DNA of 56,956 nucleotides from a virus (Duplodnaviria; Caudoviricetes): IMG/VR virus record IMGVR_UViG_3300036791_000660, positions 1 to 56,956 of that record; one strand, 5' to 3'. Shown piece by piece: positions 44,900 to 53,800 of this stretch (position 1 is its first letter; each line of letters starts with the position of its first letter). The notes under the pieces were generated by a model. It saw only the letters and a program-made list of their open reading frames with translations, ran no database searches and was not told where the DNA came from. The position numbers and the translations under genes were made by a program.

Positions 44900-45406
44900 T
44901 CAGTCCACCCAAGCCCGAAAAGAACTCAAATACAAACCAGTATCGACAAAACTCGGACGCCGGCCGCGCTTGGCGTAGGGATGGGCGAAGCGGTGCGACA
45001 CGCCGTGCAGCGCCGCCATCGTCGGCGTGCCTGCGATACCAACGCGCTCGACTTCGCCCTCGCTGATGAATTTGTCGAACGCGACCTTGACCTTGTCCAA
45101 GTCGGTGTCGGTGAGTTTCATGGGCTCGTCGTCACTGCCCTGCTCACCCCGCGCACCGCGCATCATCAGAGTCTCGATCTTGCCCGCCATGGCGTCGGCC
45201 ATCGCCGTGTCGATGTCGCCGACATGCACCTCGAAGAACTTTTCCATGATGCCGTAGCGGTGTTCCAAGATTCGCGCGACATCGAATGTGGTGCGCGAGC
45301 CGATCTGGGCGCGCTTGCGGCGGCGGCCCTTGCCCTTGCGGCCGACAAGGGCCGGCCCGGCGGTGCGATAGGGCTGATCGACAACACCGAGATGCAGGAC
45401 GGTCAT
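44900..45406 (-). CDS. Virion morphogenesis (neck) protein
   Basis: LHLGV.D.PY, ILE..YGIM and RPSFVDTGLY..SF.AW motifs. Confidence 0.7.
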   Translation of the reverse strand: MTVLHLGVVDQPYRTAGPALVGRKGKGRRRKRAQIGSRTTFDVARILEHRYGIMEKFFEVHVGDIDTAMADAMAGKIETLMMRGARGEQGSDDEPMKLTDTDLDKVKVAFDKFISEGEVERVGIAGTPTMAALHGVSHRFAHPYAKRGRRPSFVDTGLYLSSFRAWVD

Positions 45407-45612
45407 CGGCCTTCCTCCTGCTCCGCCAGATGGAAGCGCTGCAGCACCTGCGCCAGCTTGATGCCGTCATCTGTCTTGAGGAAGCGCACGATCTCGACCT
45501 GTGGCACGCCGGTGTCGAGCTTGATCGTCACCGAGCGCACGCCCGCGATGTCGATGTCGAGGGCGCGGCAGATGTCGCCGACGATCTTCAGGCGATTGTA
45601 GGATTCGGTCAT
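45403..45612 (-). CDS. Hypothetical protein
   Basis: ATGA overlaps at both ends. Confidence 0.55.
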   Translation of the reverse strand: MTESYNRLKIVGDICRALDIDIAGVRSVTIKLDTGVPQVEIVRFLKTDDGIKLAQVLQRFHLAEQEEGR

Positions 45613-46139
45613 GCCGTGAGGTCCCAGATGGTCGGGCCGTAGGCCATCGCCAGCGTGATGTAGTCGCGACCCCATGGCGTCTTCATCATCTGGAGGTCGC
45701 CCGGCGTCATGGTCTTGGCCCAGTCGGGGATCAGGAAGCCGACCGAGCTTCCCTGATCCGAGGTGGACTGCACGAAGCCCGGCGTGAACGAGTTGAGCCC
45801 GTAGCTGGCGCGCAGGTCCTTCCAGTAGGTGTTGAGCGGCGGCGTCAGCGTCGCATCGTCGGCCGCGTAGTTGACCAGCCGGTCGCCGGCGAAGTTGTAG
45901 ATCGCCCACGCGATGTACGAGGGCGGCTGCGGGAAGAAGCTGGCGTAGGGCGTGGCCGACGGGGCCGCGCCCAGAAGCTGCGGCGCGCCGACCACGCCCA
46001 GCACCTCGTTGACGATCAATTCGGCCGCGTCGAGCGTCAGCGGGATGATGTTGGCGGTGTCCGGCAACACCGACGCCGGCACCATCATCACGTCGCGGAT
46101 GAAGGTCAGCCAGTCGGTGAGGTTGGCGTCGGCCGCCAT
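45609..46139 (-). CDS. Head-tail adaptor-like protein
   Basis: AIYN..G..L..A.D and DLQMMKTPWGR.Y..A motifs. Confidence 0.65.
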   Translation of the reverse strand: MAADANLTDWLTFIRDVMMVPASVLPDTANIIPLTLDAAELIVNEVLGVVGAPQLLGAAPSATPYASFFPQPPSYIAWAIYNFAGDRLVNYAADDATLTPPLNTYWKDLRASYGLNSFTPGFVQSTSDQGSSVGFLIPDWAKTMTPGDLQMMKTPWGRDYITLAMAYGPTIWDLTA

Positions 46140-46140
46140 G

Positions 46141-46644
46141 TCACTCTGCCGTGCCGGTGTCGTCGCGAACCTTCATGCGGAAGCCCTCGGCGAGGCCCTG
46201 CTGGCCGCCGCGATCCATCGTGCCGGCCTTCTCCTCCTCGACCGAGAGCGCCACGTTGTCGGCCGCGTTGGGCGAGAAGTTGCGCATGCCGTGGCTGGCG
46301 GCGATGGCCGCTTCCTTCCTGATCGTGGCGCCGCGCTCGTGCAGGATGCGGGCGTTCAGTTCGATGATGCGCAGCATGGTGTCGTGCGCCACCGGCTTGT
46401 CGATGCTGTAGAGCATCGGCACCATGCCCTCGGCCGCGTAGTGCGCCGCGTCGCTCGCCTTGCGGCTGCCGTAGGTCTCGCACTGCGCGATCAGCGAGTC
46501 GATCTGAAGCTGGTTCAGTTCTCCCGCGATGCGCGCCTGCCGGCCCACGTCGATGTGCTGCACGGCGTGGCCGCCCAAGCGCTCGGGCAGCCGGTAATTG
46601 AACGTCTGCACCTGCGAGGTGCAGTTGGCGAGATAGAACTTCAT
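46141..46644 (-). CDS. Conserved virion-module protein
   Basis: MKFYLANCT.Q...F.YRLPE; GGGAG RBS. Confidence 0.65.
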   Translation of the reverse strand: MKFYLANCTSQVQTFNYRLPERLGGHAVQHIDVGRQARIAGELNQLQIDSLIAQCETYGSRKASDAAHYAAEGMVPMLYSIDKPVAHDTMLRIIELNARILHERGATIRKEAAIAASHGMRNFSPNAADNVALSVEEEKAGTMDRGGQQGLAEGFRMKVRDDTGTAE

Positions 46645-46865
46645 CGGTGGTCTCCCTTCCTGTCTGCGCCGTTGACGAAGAAAGTCTCGATGGTCTTGCC
46701 GTCGGCGTTCAGGATGTAGGCGTTGGCCTCCAAGGTGAACGTCTTGGCGTGCAGTGTGCCGGCGTCGCACACCGCCACCGCTTCCGGGTGCCGACGGAAC
46801 GTGACGTGGCCGGCTTCGACCATGTCGAAGCCCTTCCCGCCCCGTTCCATCAGCTTCAGGAACAC
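46641..46865 (-). CDS. Hypothetical protein
   Basis: AYILNADGKTIETF; between capsid and the next gene. Confidence 0.5.
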   Translation of the reverse strand: MFLKLMERGGKGFDMVEAGHVTFRRHPEAVAVCDAGTLHAKTFTLEANAYILNADGKTIETFFVNGADRKGDHR

Positions 46866-46871
46866 GGAACC

Positions 46872-47894
46872 CTACTGGTACTGCGCCGAGAGGATGGTGA
46901 TCGCCTCCGGGCGGATGCCCCAACCGGAAGTGATGCGCCACTCGCTCAGCACGTCGGTCGCCCCGCCGGCCAGCGGCGAGGTGATCTCCTTGGGAGCCGC
47001 CATGTCGCAGTACATCGCAAGGCAGGCATTGTTGCCCGGCGACAGCTTGGCGAACTCGTTGGTGTTGATGCCGTCCTCGGTCGGCTTCTCGACCTCCGGC
47101 ATGGTGATGATGATGGCGTCGTTGCCGCCGGCACCCTTGCCGATCAGCGTGTCGTCGTAGGTCCACAGCAGCGTGTCGCCGTTCATCATCGCCACTTCCT
47201 TGACGACGCCGGCCGTGGTGGTCGAGCCCGCGCCCTGACGCTGGTACTGCGTCAGTTGCACGATGCCGGGGTACTCGAACTGTTCGAGGTCCCGCTGCGG
47301 GCCGCAGATGGTGAACTTGCGCCCGACGCCCAACTGGTTGGTGCGGGTCTTGATCGCACCGAGAAGCTGGAGCAGCAGGAACGCCATCTGGCCGTTGTCG
47401 TAGGTGACGATGGTCGTGTTGCCGTTGGAGTCGGGCGGCAGGTTGACCGCCGTCGCGCCGGCCGCGTTCAGGATGCCCTCGCCCTGCGCCGGGTTCATGC
47501 CGTACAGCAGCGCGTTGCGGGCAAGCTGGAAGTGACCTTGGCGCATGCCGAGCCGGTAGGCTTCCGGCAGGCCGATGCCCCACTGCGAGGCCGCCGCCTC
47601 GTCGTGGTGGTTGTAGATCGAGCGGACCTGCAACAGGTAGGTCGGGGTCGAGAACTGCCCGAGGATGATCTGCACGCCCGGCAGGCTGTTGTACGACGCC
47701 GGCCCAGCGGCCATCGTCGTACGGACATCGACCCGCTTCATGTAGACGTAGAGATCGCCCTCATCGAGCTTGTTGCGCGGCTCGCCGCCTTCGATCAGGT
47801 CGAAAGCGCCGGACGCCTGCGCATACGGCAGCAGGAGGTCGGGTTCCACCAGCGACGGGTTGACGATGGTGAAGGCTGGCGCAAGCAGTGCCAT
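46872..47894 (-). CDS. Major capsid protein
   Basis: 340 aa; TPTYL..R..Y.HHD, ALLYGMNPA.GEG.LN and RITSGWG.RPE motifs; follows scaffold and decoration genes. Confidence 0.8.
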   Translation of the reverse strand: MALLAPAFTIVNPSLVEPDLLLPYAQASGAFDLIEGGEPRNKLDEGDLYVYMKRVDVRTTMAAGPASYNSLPGVQIILGQFSTPTYLLQVRSIYNHHDEAAASQWGIGLPEAYRLGMRQGHFQLARNALLYGMNPAQGEGILNAAGATAVNLPPDSNGNTTIVTYDNGQMAFLLLQLLGAIKTRTNQLGVGRKFTICGPQRDLEQFEYPGIVQLTQYQRQGAGSTTTAGVVKEVAMMNGDTLLWTYDDTLIGKGAGGNDAIIITMPEVEKPTEDGINTNEFAKLSPGNNACLAMYCDMAAPKEITSPLAGGATDVLSEWRITSGWGIRPEAITILSAQYQ

Positions 47895-47908
47895 GGTTCA
47901 GTCCTCCC

Positions 47909-48538
47909 CTAGATCACGACGAGGGCGGCGGCGCCGTTGCGATTCCACGTCGCGACGCCTGAGCCCGTCGTGAAGTTGACGGTCATGGAGTTGGTCGGCT
48001 TGACCCGCAGGATGCGGACCGGCAGCGGCAACAGCGCGCCGATGGCGATGATGCGCTGGTTGACGAAGTCCCACGACACCGCCTGCGTGATGATGTTGCC
48101 GTACAGGCCGACCAGCGCCGGGTCGATGGCGAGCGAGAGGCGCGCCCCCGAGCCGAGCCGGTAGAAGTTCACCTGCATGTAGCTGGTGGCCAGTGGCACC
48201 GGCGAGTTCGGCGTGTTGATCATGGCGTAGTCCTGATCGAACACCGAGAACCCGGTGATCGCCCCGGCGGTGCTCGCCGGGCTGACGATGGTGGCCCGCT
48301 TGATCGGGCCACCGAGTTCGGTGGCCGGGTTGGCGCCGCTCGCGGCGAGAGGCACCGCCTCGGTGATCGCGATGCCACCGAAGAACGGATCGGTTTCGCT
48401 CGGGTCCACGTAGCCGCCCGCGAGGGCGAACATGGTGGCGGGGTCAGGCTGGGCCGTGCCTTGGACAAGGCCATCCCAAGACACGCCAAAGGAGCCGGCC
48501 GCATTGCCGGTCTGTTGCGGGTTGAGGTTGATGGTCAT
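47909..48538 (-). CDS. Capsid cement/decoration protein
   Basis: G.VQG.A..DPA..F.L.GG and NFYRLGSGAR motifs; precedes the capsid gene. Confidence 0.65.
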   Translation of the reverse strand: MTINLNPQQTGNAAGSFGVSWDGLVQGTAQPDPATMFALAGGYVDPSETDPFFGGIAITEAVPLAASGANPATELGGPIKRATIVSPASTAGAITGFSVFDQDYAMINTPNSPVPLATSYMQVNFYRLGSGARLSLAIDPALVGLYGNIITQAVSWDFVNQRIIAIGALLPLPVRILRVKPTNSMTVNFTTGSGVATWNRNGAAALVVI

Positions 48539-48545
48539 GGCTGGA

Positions 48546-49490
48546 TCAGTCCTTCTTCAGGTTGATCGCGGTGACGAACCGCTTGTTGGGCGCGTGGCGG
48601 TTCATCCACGAAGCCGGTGAGCCCATGAACCGGGTTTCGAGATGGCCGGAATCCCGGCGAGTCTGGATGGCGCGCAGCGTGCCGACGGGAACGCTTGCCG
48701 GATCGCGGGCGGCGGCCTTGGCCGCTGCGTAAATCTGGTCGCGCACGGTGCGCAGCGCGGCCTCATCGACCGCCATGATGGCGAGATCGACGCCCTTCCA
48801 TTGCGGCGAGTGCTTCTTGAAGCGCTCCATCTGCCGCAGGTCGTAGCTGGTCGCCGTGTCGCCGATCAGCGGACGCGGAGCTTGCAGGCCGAACATCCCA
48901 TCGACCGAATCGCAGGCATGCTGGTTGGGCGCGAGGTCGTGGTCCGAGCGCTCCTTCGGCATGCGCTTCTCCAGCGCCGCCATGCGCTTGCGCAGCGCAT
49001 TGAGATCGACCGCGTCGGTGGCAACCTCCTTGTCCTTGGGCGGCGGCGGTGGCGGCGCCTCGTCGTCGTCATCGTCGTCATCGTCCTTCTTCGCCTCGCC
49101 CTTCTTCTTGTCGGCCGCGACCGGCACCGGCTCGCCCGTGCCCGGAGGAGGCGGCGGCTTCTTGGCCGGCGGTGGCGGCGGCGCCTGATCGTCGTCGTCG
49201 TCGTCCTTCATCACCGGCGCGACGGGCGGCGACACTTCCTTGGGCGGCGGCGCCTCGGCGTCCTTCTTGGCGACGGCCGCAGCGGCTTCCGCCGGGCTGT
49301 GATCGTCGTCATCGTCGTCGTCCTTCTTGCCCTTGAGGCTGGCGAACTTGCTCTCGAAGGCGTCCATCCGACCGCCCATCGAGTCCAACTTTTTGTCGAG
49401 CGCATCCAAGCCCTTCAAAAGTTTGTCGAGATGCGTCCCACCGCCAGCATCGGCGGCGACCTTCGGCTTGTCCTTGTCCTTTTCAGCCAT
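48546..49490 (-). CDS. Capsid scaffold-like protein
   Basis: GAGGAG RBS; D/P/K-rich disordered body; between DUF2213 and decoration genes. Confidence 0.7.
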   Translation of the reverse strand: MAEKDKDKPKVAADAGGGTHLDKLLKGLDALDKKLDSMGGRMDAFESKFASLKGKKDDDDDDDHSPAEAAAAVAKKDAEAPPPKEVSPPVAPVMKDDDDDDQAPPPPPAKKPPPPPGTGEPVPVAADKKKGEAKKDDDDDDDDEAPPPPPPKDKEVATDAVDLNALRKRMAALEKRMPKERSDHDLAPNQHACDSVDGMFGLQAPRPLIGDTATSYDLRQMERFKKHSPQWKGVDLAIMAVDEAALRTVRDQIYAAAKAAARDPASVPVGTLRAIQTRRDSGHLETRFMGSPASWMNRHAPNKRFVTAINLKKD

Positions 49491-49554
49491 GACTGTTCTC
49501 CTCGGCTGGTTGGGTGATTGACAAATGCTGTCTGTCTGGATAGCCGATGCATTC

Positions 49555-49646
49555 GACATGGCGCGGCGAGGCCCGTCGTTGCAACGCGAGGCAAGCCGAG
49601 GCAAGGCAAGGCGTGGCTATCTGGGACGGCGCTTACGCGCCGTCCC
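49555..49646 (+). ncRNA. Stand-alone GGY-NN repeat cassette D (putative guide RNA) with 3' hairpin
   Basis: 13 in-phase pentamers (49555-49619); GGGACGGCGC-ttac-GCGCCGTCCC hairpin; TTGACA at 49518. Confidence 0.8.
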
Positions 49647-49648
49647 TC

Positions 49649-50623
49649 TTACTCTGGAAAGACCGCGTCCATTCGCGCGAGCAGATGCTCGATCTTCGAG
49701 TCAACGGCGACGATGGTGTTGCCGAGGTCGATCCCCTCGGGAACGCCGCCCTTGTCCCACACGCCTTGCCGACAGACGGCGAGGTGATCCAACAACGAGG
49801 GTTTGCCCTCGATCAGGATGTCGGTGCCGTCGCGGGTCTCGCCCATCGTGTTCACATCGGGATCGCGCCAGACGACGGCCGGTGAAGTCGAAAGCTGCTC
49901 GGTCTTCATGATGGTGGCAGCGTTTTGATCGTAAATCTTGGCGATGCCCCACACCTCGTCGCCCTTGATGTAGGGCAGCATGATCGTGCCGATGGCGCGG
50001 TCGCGGAACTCCTCGGTGTCGAGGATGTTCTGCGTCGCCGGGTGCTCCATGATCACCGGCAGGCCGTTGCAGCGCGCAAGGAACTCGTTGTTGAGGTAGA
50101 TCGCCGGATCGCGCTGCACGAACTCGCCCCACTTGTGCCTGAACGCCTGTCCGGTGCCGGTGACCCGCAGGTTGAACAGCGTAATGTTCTCGTAGTCCTG
50201 CGGCCCGCTCAGGATGCCGTCAGCCAGCGCGCGGGCGACGCCAAGCTCGTCCCAGTCGAAGCGCATCAGGGCGACCTCGCAGCCGGGATGGAGCGGCCGG
50301 GGTGGCGTCTTGGGATCGGCCCAGCGGAAGTCGGTGTGCTCGTAGTTCAAATTCGGCTCGAACTCGGTCACGCCGCGCACGATGAAGGTGGTGAACGCGA
50401 CGCCGCCAGTATCGGTGCGAGTCCAGAAGCTCAAGTGATCGGGCCGGGCGCGGATGTCGCACTCCTCCTCCAGTTCGCGCAGCGCCGTCTCGACCGGGGT
50501 CTCGTCGCCCTCGGTGCCGCCGCCGGGGATGCACCAGCGGCGCGGCATGTCGGAGCCGGGCGAGCGCTTGAGCAGCAGCACGTTGCCCTTGTCGCTCAGC
50601 AGCAGCGTGCCGGCAGCCTTCAT
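49649..50623 (-). CDS. NUDIX hydrolase fused to a DUF2213-like head maturation domain
   Basis: Nudix box GG..EGDETPVETALRELEEE; GLPVIMEHP, STSPAV and LDHLAVC..GVWDK motifs. Confidence 0.8.
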   Translation of the reverse strand: MKAAGTLLLSDKGNVLLLKRSPGSDMPRRWCIPGGGTEGDETPVETALRELEEECDIRARPDHLSFWTRTDTGGVAFTTFIVRGVTEFEPNLNYEHTDFRWADPKTPPRPLHPGCEVALMRFDWDELGVARALADGILSGPQDYENITLFNLRVTGTGQAFRHKWGEFVQRDPAIYLNNEFLARCNGLPVIMEHPATQNILDTEEFRDRAIGTIMLPYIKGDEVWGIAKIYDQNAATIMKTEQLSTSPAVVWRDPDVNTMGETRDGTDILIEGKPSLLDHLAVCRQGVWDKGGVPEGIDLGNTIVAVDSKIEHLLARMDAVFPE

Positions 50624-50811
50624 TTCTTCACCATGGCGTCGAGCTTGCGGCCGGCCTCGCGCAGCTTCTTGCGCTCGTCCTCGTGCTTGGCGCGGTGCTT
50701 GGCGCGCACGTCCTCGATCAGCTTGGCGTAGCGCGCGGACGGGTGCAGCCAGTGCTTGCCGCCCTCATTCAGCGCGTCGAATTGGGACATGTTGATCGTG
50801 TTCGGCATCAC
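50620..50811 (-). CDS. Small basic protein
   Basis: Coupled overlaps at both ends. Confidence 0.5.
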   Translation of the reverse strand: MMPNTINMSQFDALNEGGKHWLHPSARYAKLIEDVRAKHRAKHEDERKKLREAGRKLDAMVKK

Positions 50812-53800
50812 GCGGCCTCGGCCAGTTCAGGCGGCGCGGCGTGGTGGCTGATCGGCACAGCGTCGAAGCTCGGGGCTTGGCCCTTCCACACGTCCCAGTC
50901 CTTGTAGGCCAAGCCGCCGATGACGACCTCGTGCTCGCCGTGCACGTTGATGCCGTAAGCGGGCAGCGAGATGACGGCGGTGCGCGGCACCCGGAAGCGC
51001 AGCGTGATCTTGGTGTCGCCCTTGCCGTTCCAGCCGTTGGCGACTCCCCGGTCGGTGGTGGTCGAGGCGGCGCCCGAGCGAATCAGGTTGAGGCCGGGCA
51101 TCTTGGCGAACCCGGTGCCGGTGCCCTTGGCGAGGACTTCAATGGTCTCCTCGTCCTGCATGCCGCTCACGCCCATGCCGCGATAGAGGTCGAGTTGGTG
51201 GATGCCGGCCTTGTGCAGCAGGTACTGGCTGGTCTCCCACTTGGCGCGCAGCATCGCCTTCAGGCCCTCGTAGCCGCCGACCGTGCTCAGGTCGCGGTCG
51301 GTCTGCTTGATGATGTCCTCGCGACTCGGCCACGAAAACTGCGAGGCGGCGCTGAACTTGGTGTTGGCCGCCTCCAGATTATCGCGGTCGATGCGCCGCT
51401 TCAGGATGTCGCCGTAGACGCTGGCTGCCGCCTCGAAGGCGCTCTTGTTCTCCTTGAGGAACGCCTTGCCCTCCGGGTTCCAGCCCTCGAACAGCGGGTC
51501 GCCGAGGTCGATGTCGGCCTTGAGGTCACCATTGGGCAGGCTCGACAGGTGCGTGGCCCGCGCGATGATGCCGGCGTTGGTGGGCAGCACGGCCGGCTTA
51601 TCGAAGGTGTCGATGAACTGCCTGTAGTGCTCGCCGAGTTGATTGCGCCATTGCGGGTTGCCGGAATTGAACCACTCGATGGCCTTGGCGTTGGTCGCCG
51701 GCTCGTAGCCCGCCCACTTCAGCTTGGCCGCGTCCTCGGCCTTGGACTTGCGCTCGCTGTTGGCGATCTCGGCCTTCTGGGCGATCTGCTTCTTGACGCT
51801 GGCCCCAATCGACAGGCCGTAGGCCTGCATCAGCTTCTTCTCGTCGTCGGTGAGCTTCGAGGCGTCGAACTCGACCTTGCCGAGACCATGCGTCGCCATG
51901 TCCTCCGGCGTTGGCGTCAACTGCATGACATTGGCGAGCTTCACGGCAAGCTGGCCCCTGCCTTCCTGTCCCGAGTACGCCGACGGCAACTCGCGCAGCT
52001 TCGACGGCAGGATGTTCTCCTTGGCGTTGATGATGCCGATCTCAACCGCGCGATAGAGCCACGGCGAGCGCTGCGCCGGGCTCTGGCCGGCGATCTCGGC
52101 GAAGTACGATTCGGGCGTGACCGGCGGCGGGGCCTTGTAGAACTTCGTGAGGTCAGGCTTCGCCGGCAGGCGCACGCGCCCGCCCAGTTCGTCGCCGACC
52201 GCCACCTGAAGTGCCATGCCGAGCGGGCTGGTCGAGGAGCCCTTCCATGCCTCCCAGATTCGACTGTCGGCCGCCTTGATCAGTTCGCGTTGCCGCTCGG
52301 CCGACTGGTCGAACCGCTTGCCGATGTGCTGGGTGATCTGATCCTTGATCATGTCTTCGAGGTTGCCCTTGCCGTAGCTCTCCAACTGCATGGCGTTCTC
52401 GGGCGACACCAGCGACTTCAGCTTGGCCATGTCGAGGTCGGCGTTGATGAAGCCGTCGCTGCCCGTCGCGAACTTGGCCGAGGTCAGCATCTTCGCCGCG
52501 AGATCACCCACCGTCGGCGTGTCCTTGGCGATGCTGATCAGGAACGACGATTCGGTCAGACCACGACCGACCTCGCCGATGGATCGCAGCGGCTTGCCGT
52601 GGCCATCGTCGGTGCCCATCACGTAGCGCACGCCGCGCCATGGCTCGCCTTTGTCGGCGAACGTGCTCTTGTTGGCCAGCCGCAGGTCGTCGTTCAGGGT
52701 GTCGGTCATCTGCGCGAACGAAGTCTTGGGCGGCGACACCTTCAGGATGCCACGTTCTGTCAGCAGTTGCTGGCTGCGGTCGTAGCTCAGTTGCCGCGCC
52801 ATGTACTGCGTCTTCTGGTAGTCCGCGCCCGAGGTCTCGTTCAGCGGATCGTAGCGTTTGGGCCGATCAATCGCCTTGGGCTTGGCCGACTTGAAGTCGG
52901 TCGGCGGCGCGGTCGCCGGCACGACGTAGGGCTTCGACGCCTCGTACTTCTCGTCCGGCTCCATCGCCTCGAACGACTCGCCCGTGCCCTCGTGGTCGGT
53001 CTCCCACCCCTGCTTGGCGGTCGCCTTCTCGTCGTCGGTCAGGAAGTCCCACTTGGTCGTCGGCTCCTCGGTGCCCTCGGGCTCGGGTTCCTCCTCCTCC
53101 TCCTCGTCCTCGTCGGGCTCGATCTCGTATTCGAGGTCGTCGCTGTCGAGATTTTCCTGCGCCTTCTGGAACTTCTCCTTGTCCGAATACTGGCCCCACA
53201 TCTCGTCCTGAAATTCCTCGACCGACTCGCCGAGGTAGTCGGGCGGGTCGATCTGGCCGCTGACCTTGTCCTGCTCCTTGTCGAACGCCTTGGTGAGCGC
53301 CTTCTCCAGTTCGTCGCGCATGTCCTGCGTCAGGTGGCCCGAGAGATCGGTCTGCTCCATGCCGGGCAGTTGACCCTGCTTCTCGGGGTCGTAGGCGAGG
53401 CCGATGGGCTTCTGGAGCTTGCTGTCGTCCCACTCCCACTCGGGGTCCTGCTTGGAGCCGTAGCCGGTCTTGTACTCGGCGGCCTTCAGCGCTTCCAGCA
53501 GTTGCGGCGTGTTGTAGGGCAGCGGTTGGTCCGGGTGCTCGTCGTCCCAGTCGTTGATCACGTCCTGCATCGTCTCGTCGGCCCAGTCCGTCTCGGTGCC
53601 GTCGTTGAAGTCGTTGACGATCTGCGAGCCGGCGTCATCGGCCGCGCCGCCGTTGTCGTACCAGTTGTCCTTCTCGCTCTGGAGGAAGTCGTCGTAGCTC
53701 GACTTCTTCCATTCCTGCTCGGCCTTCTCCTGAATGTGGTCCGGCAGCATGGACCATTCTTCGTACTCGGCCTTGTCGGGCTCGTGCTTGGCCTTCTTGG

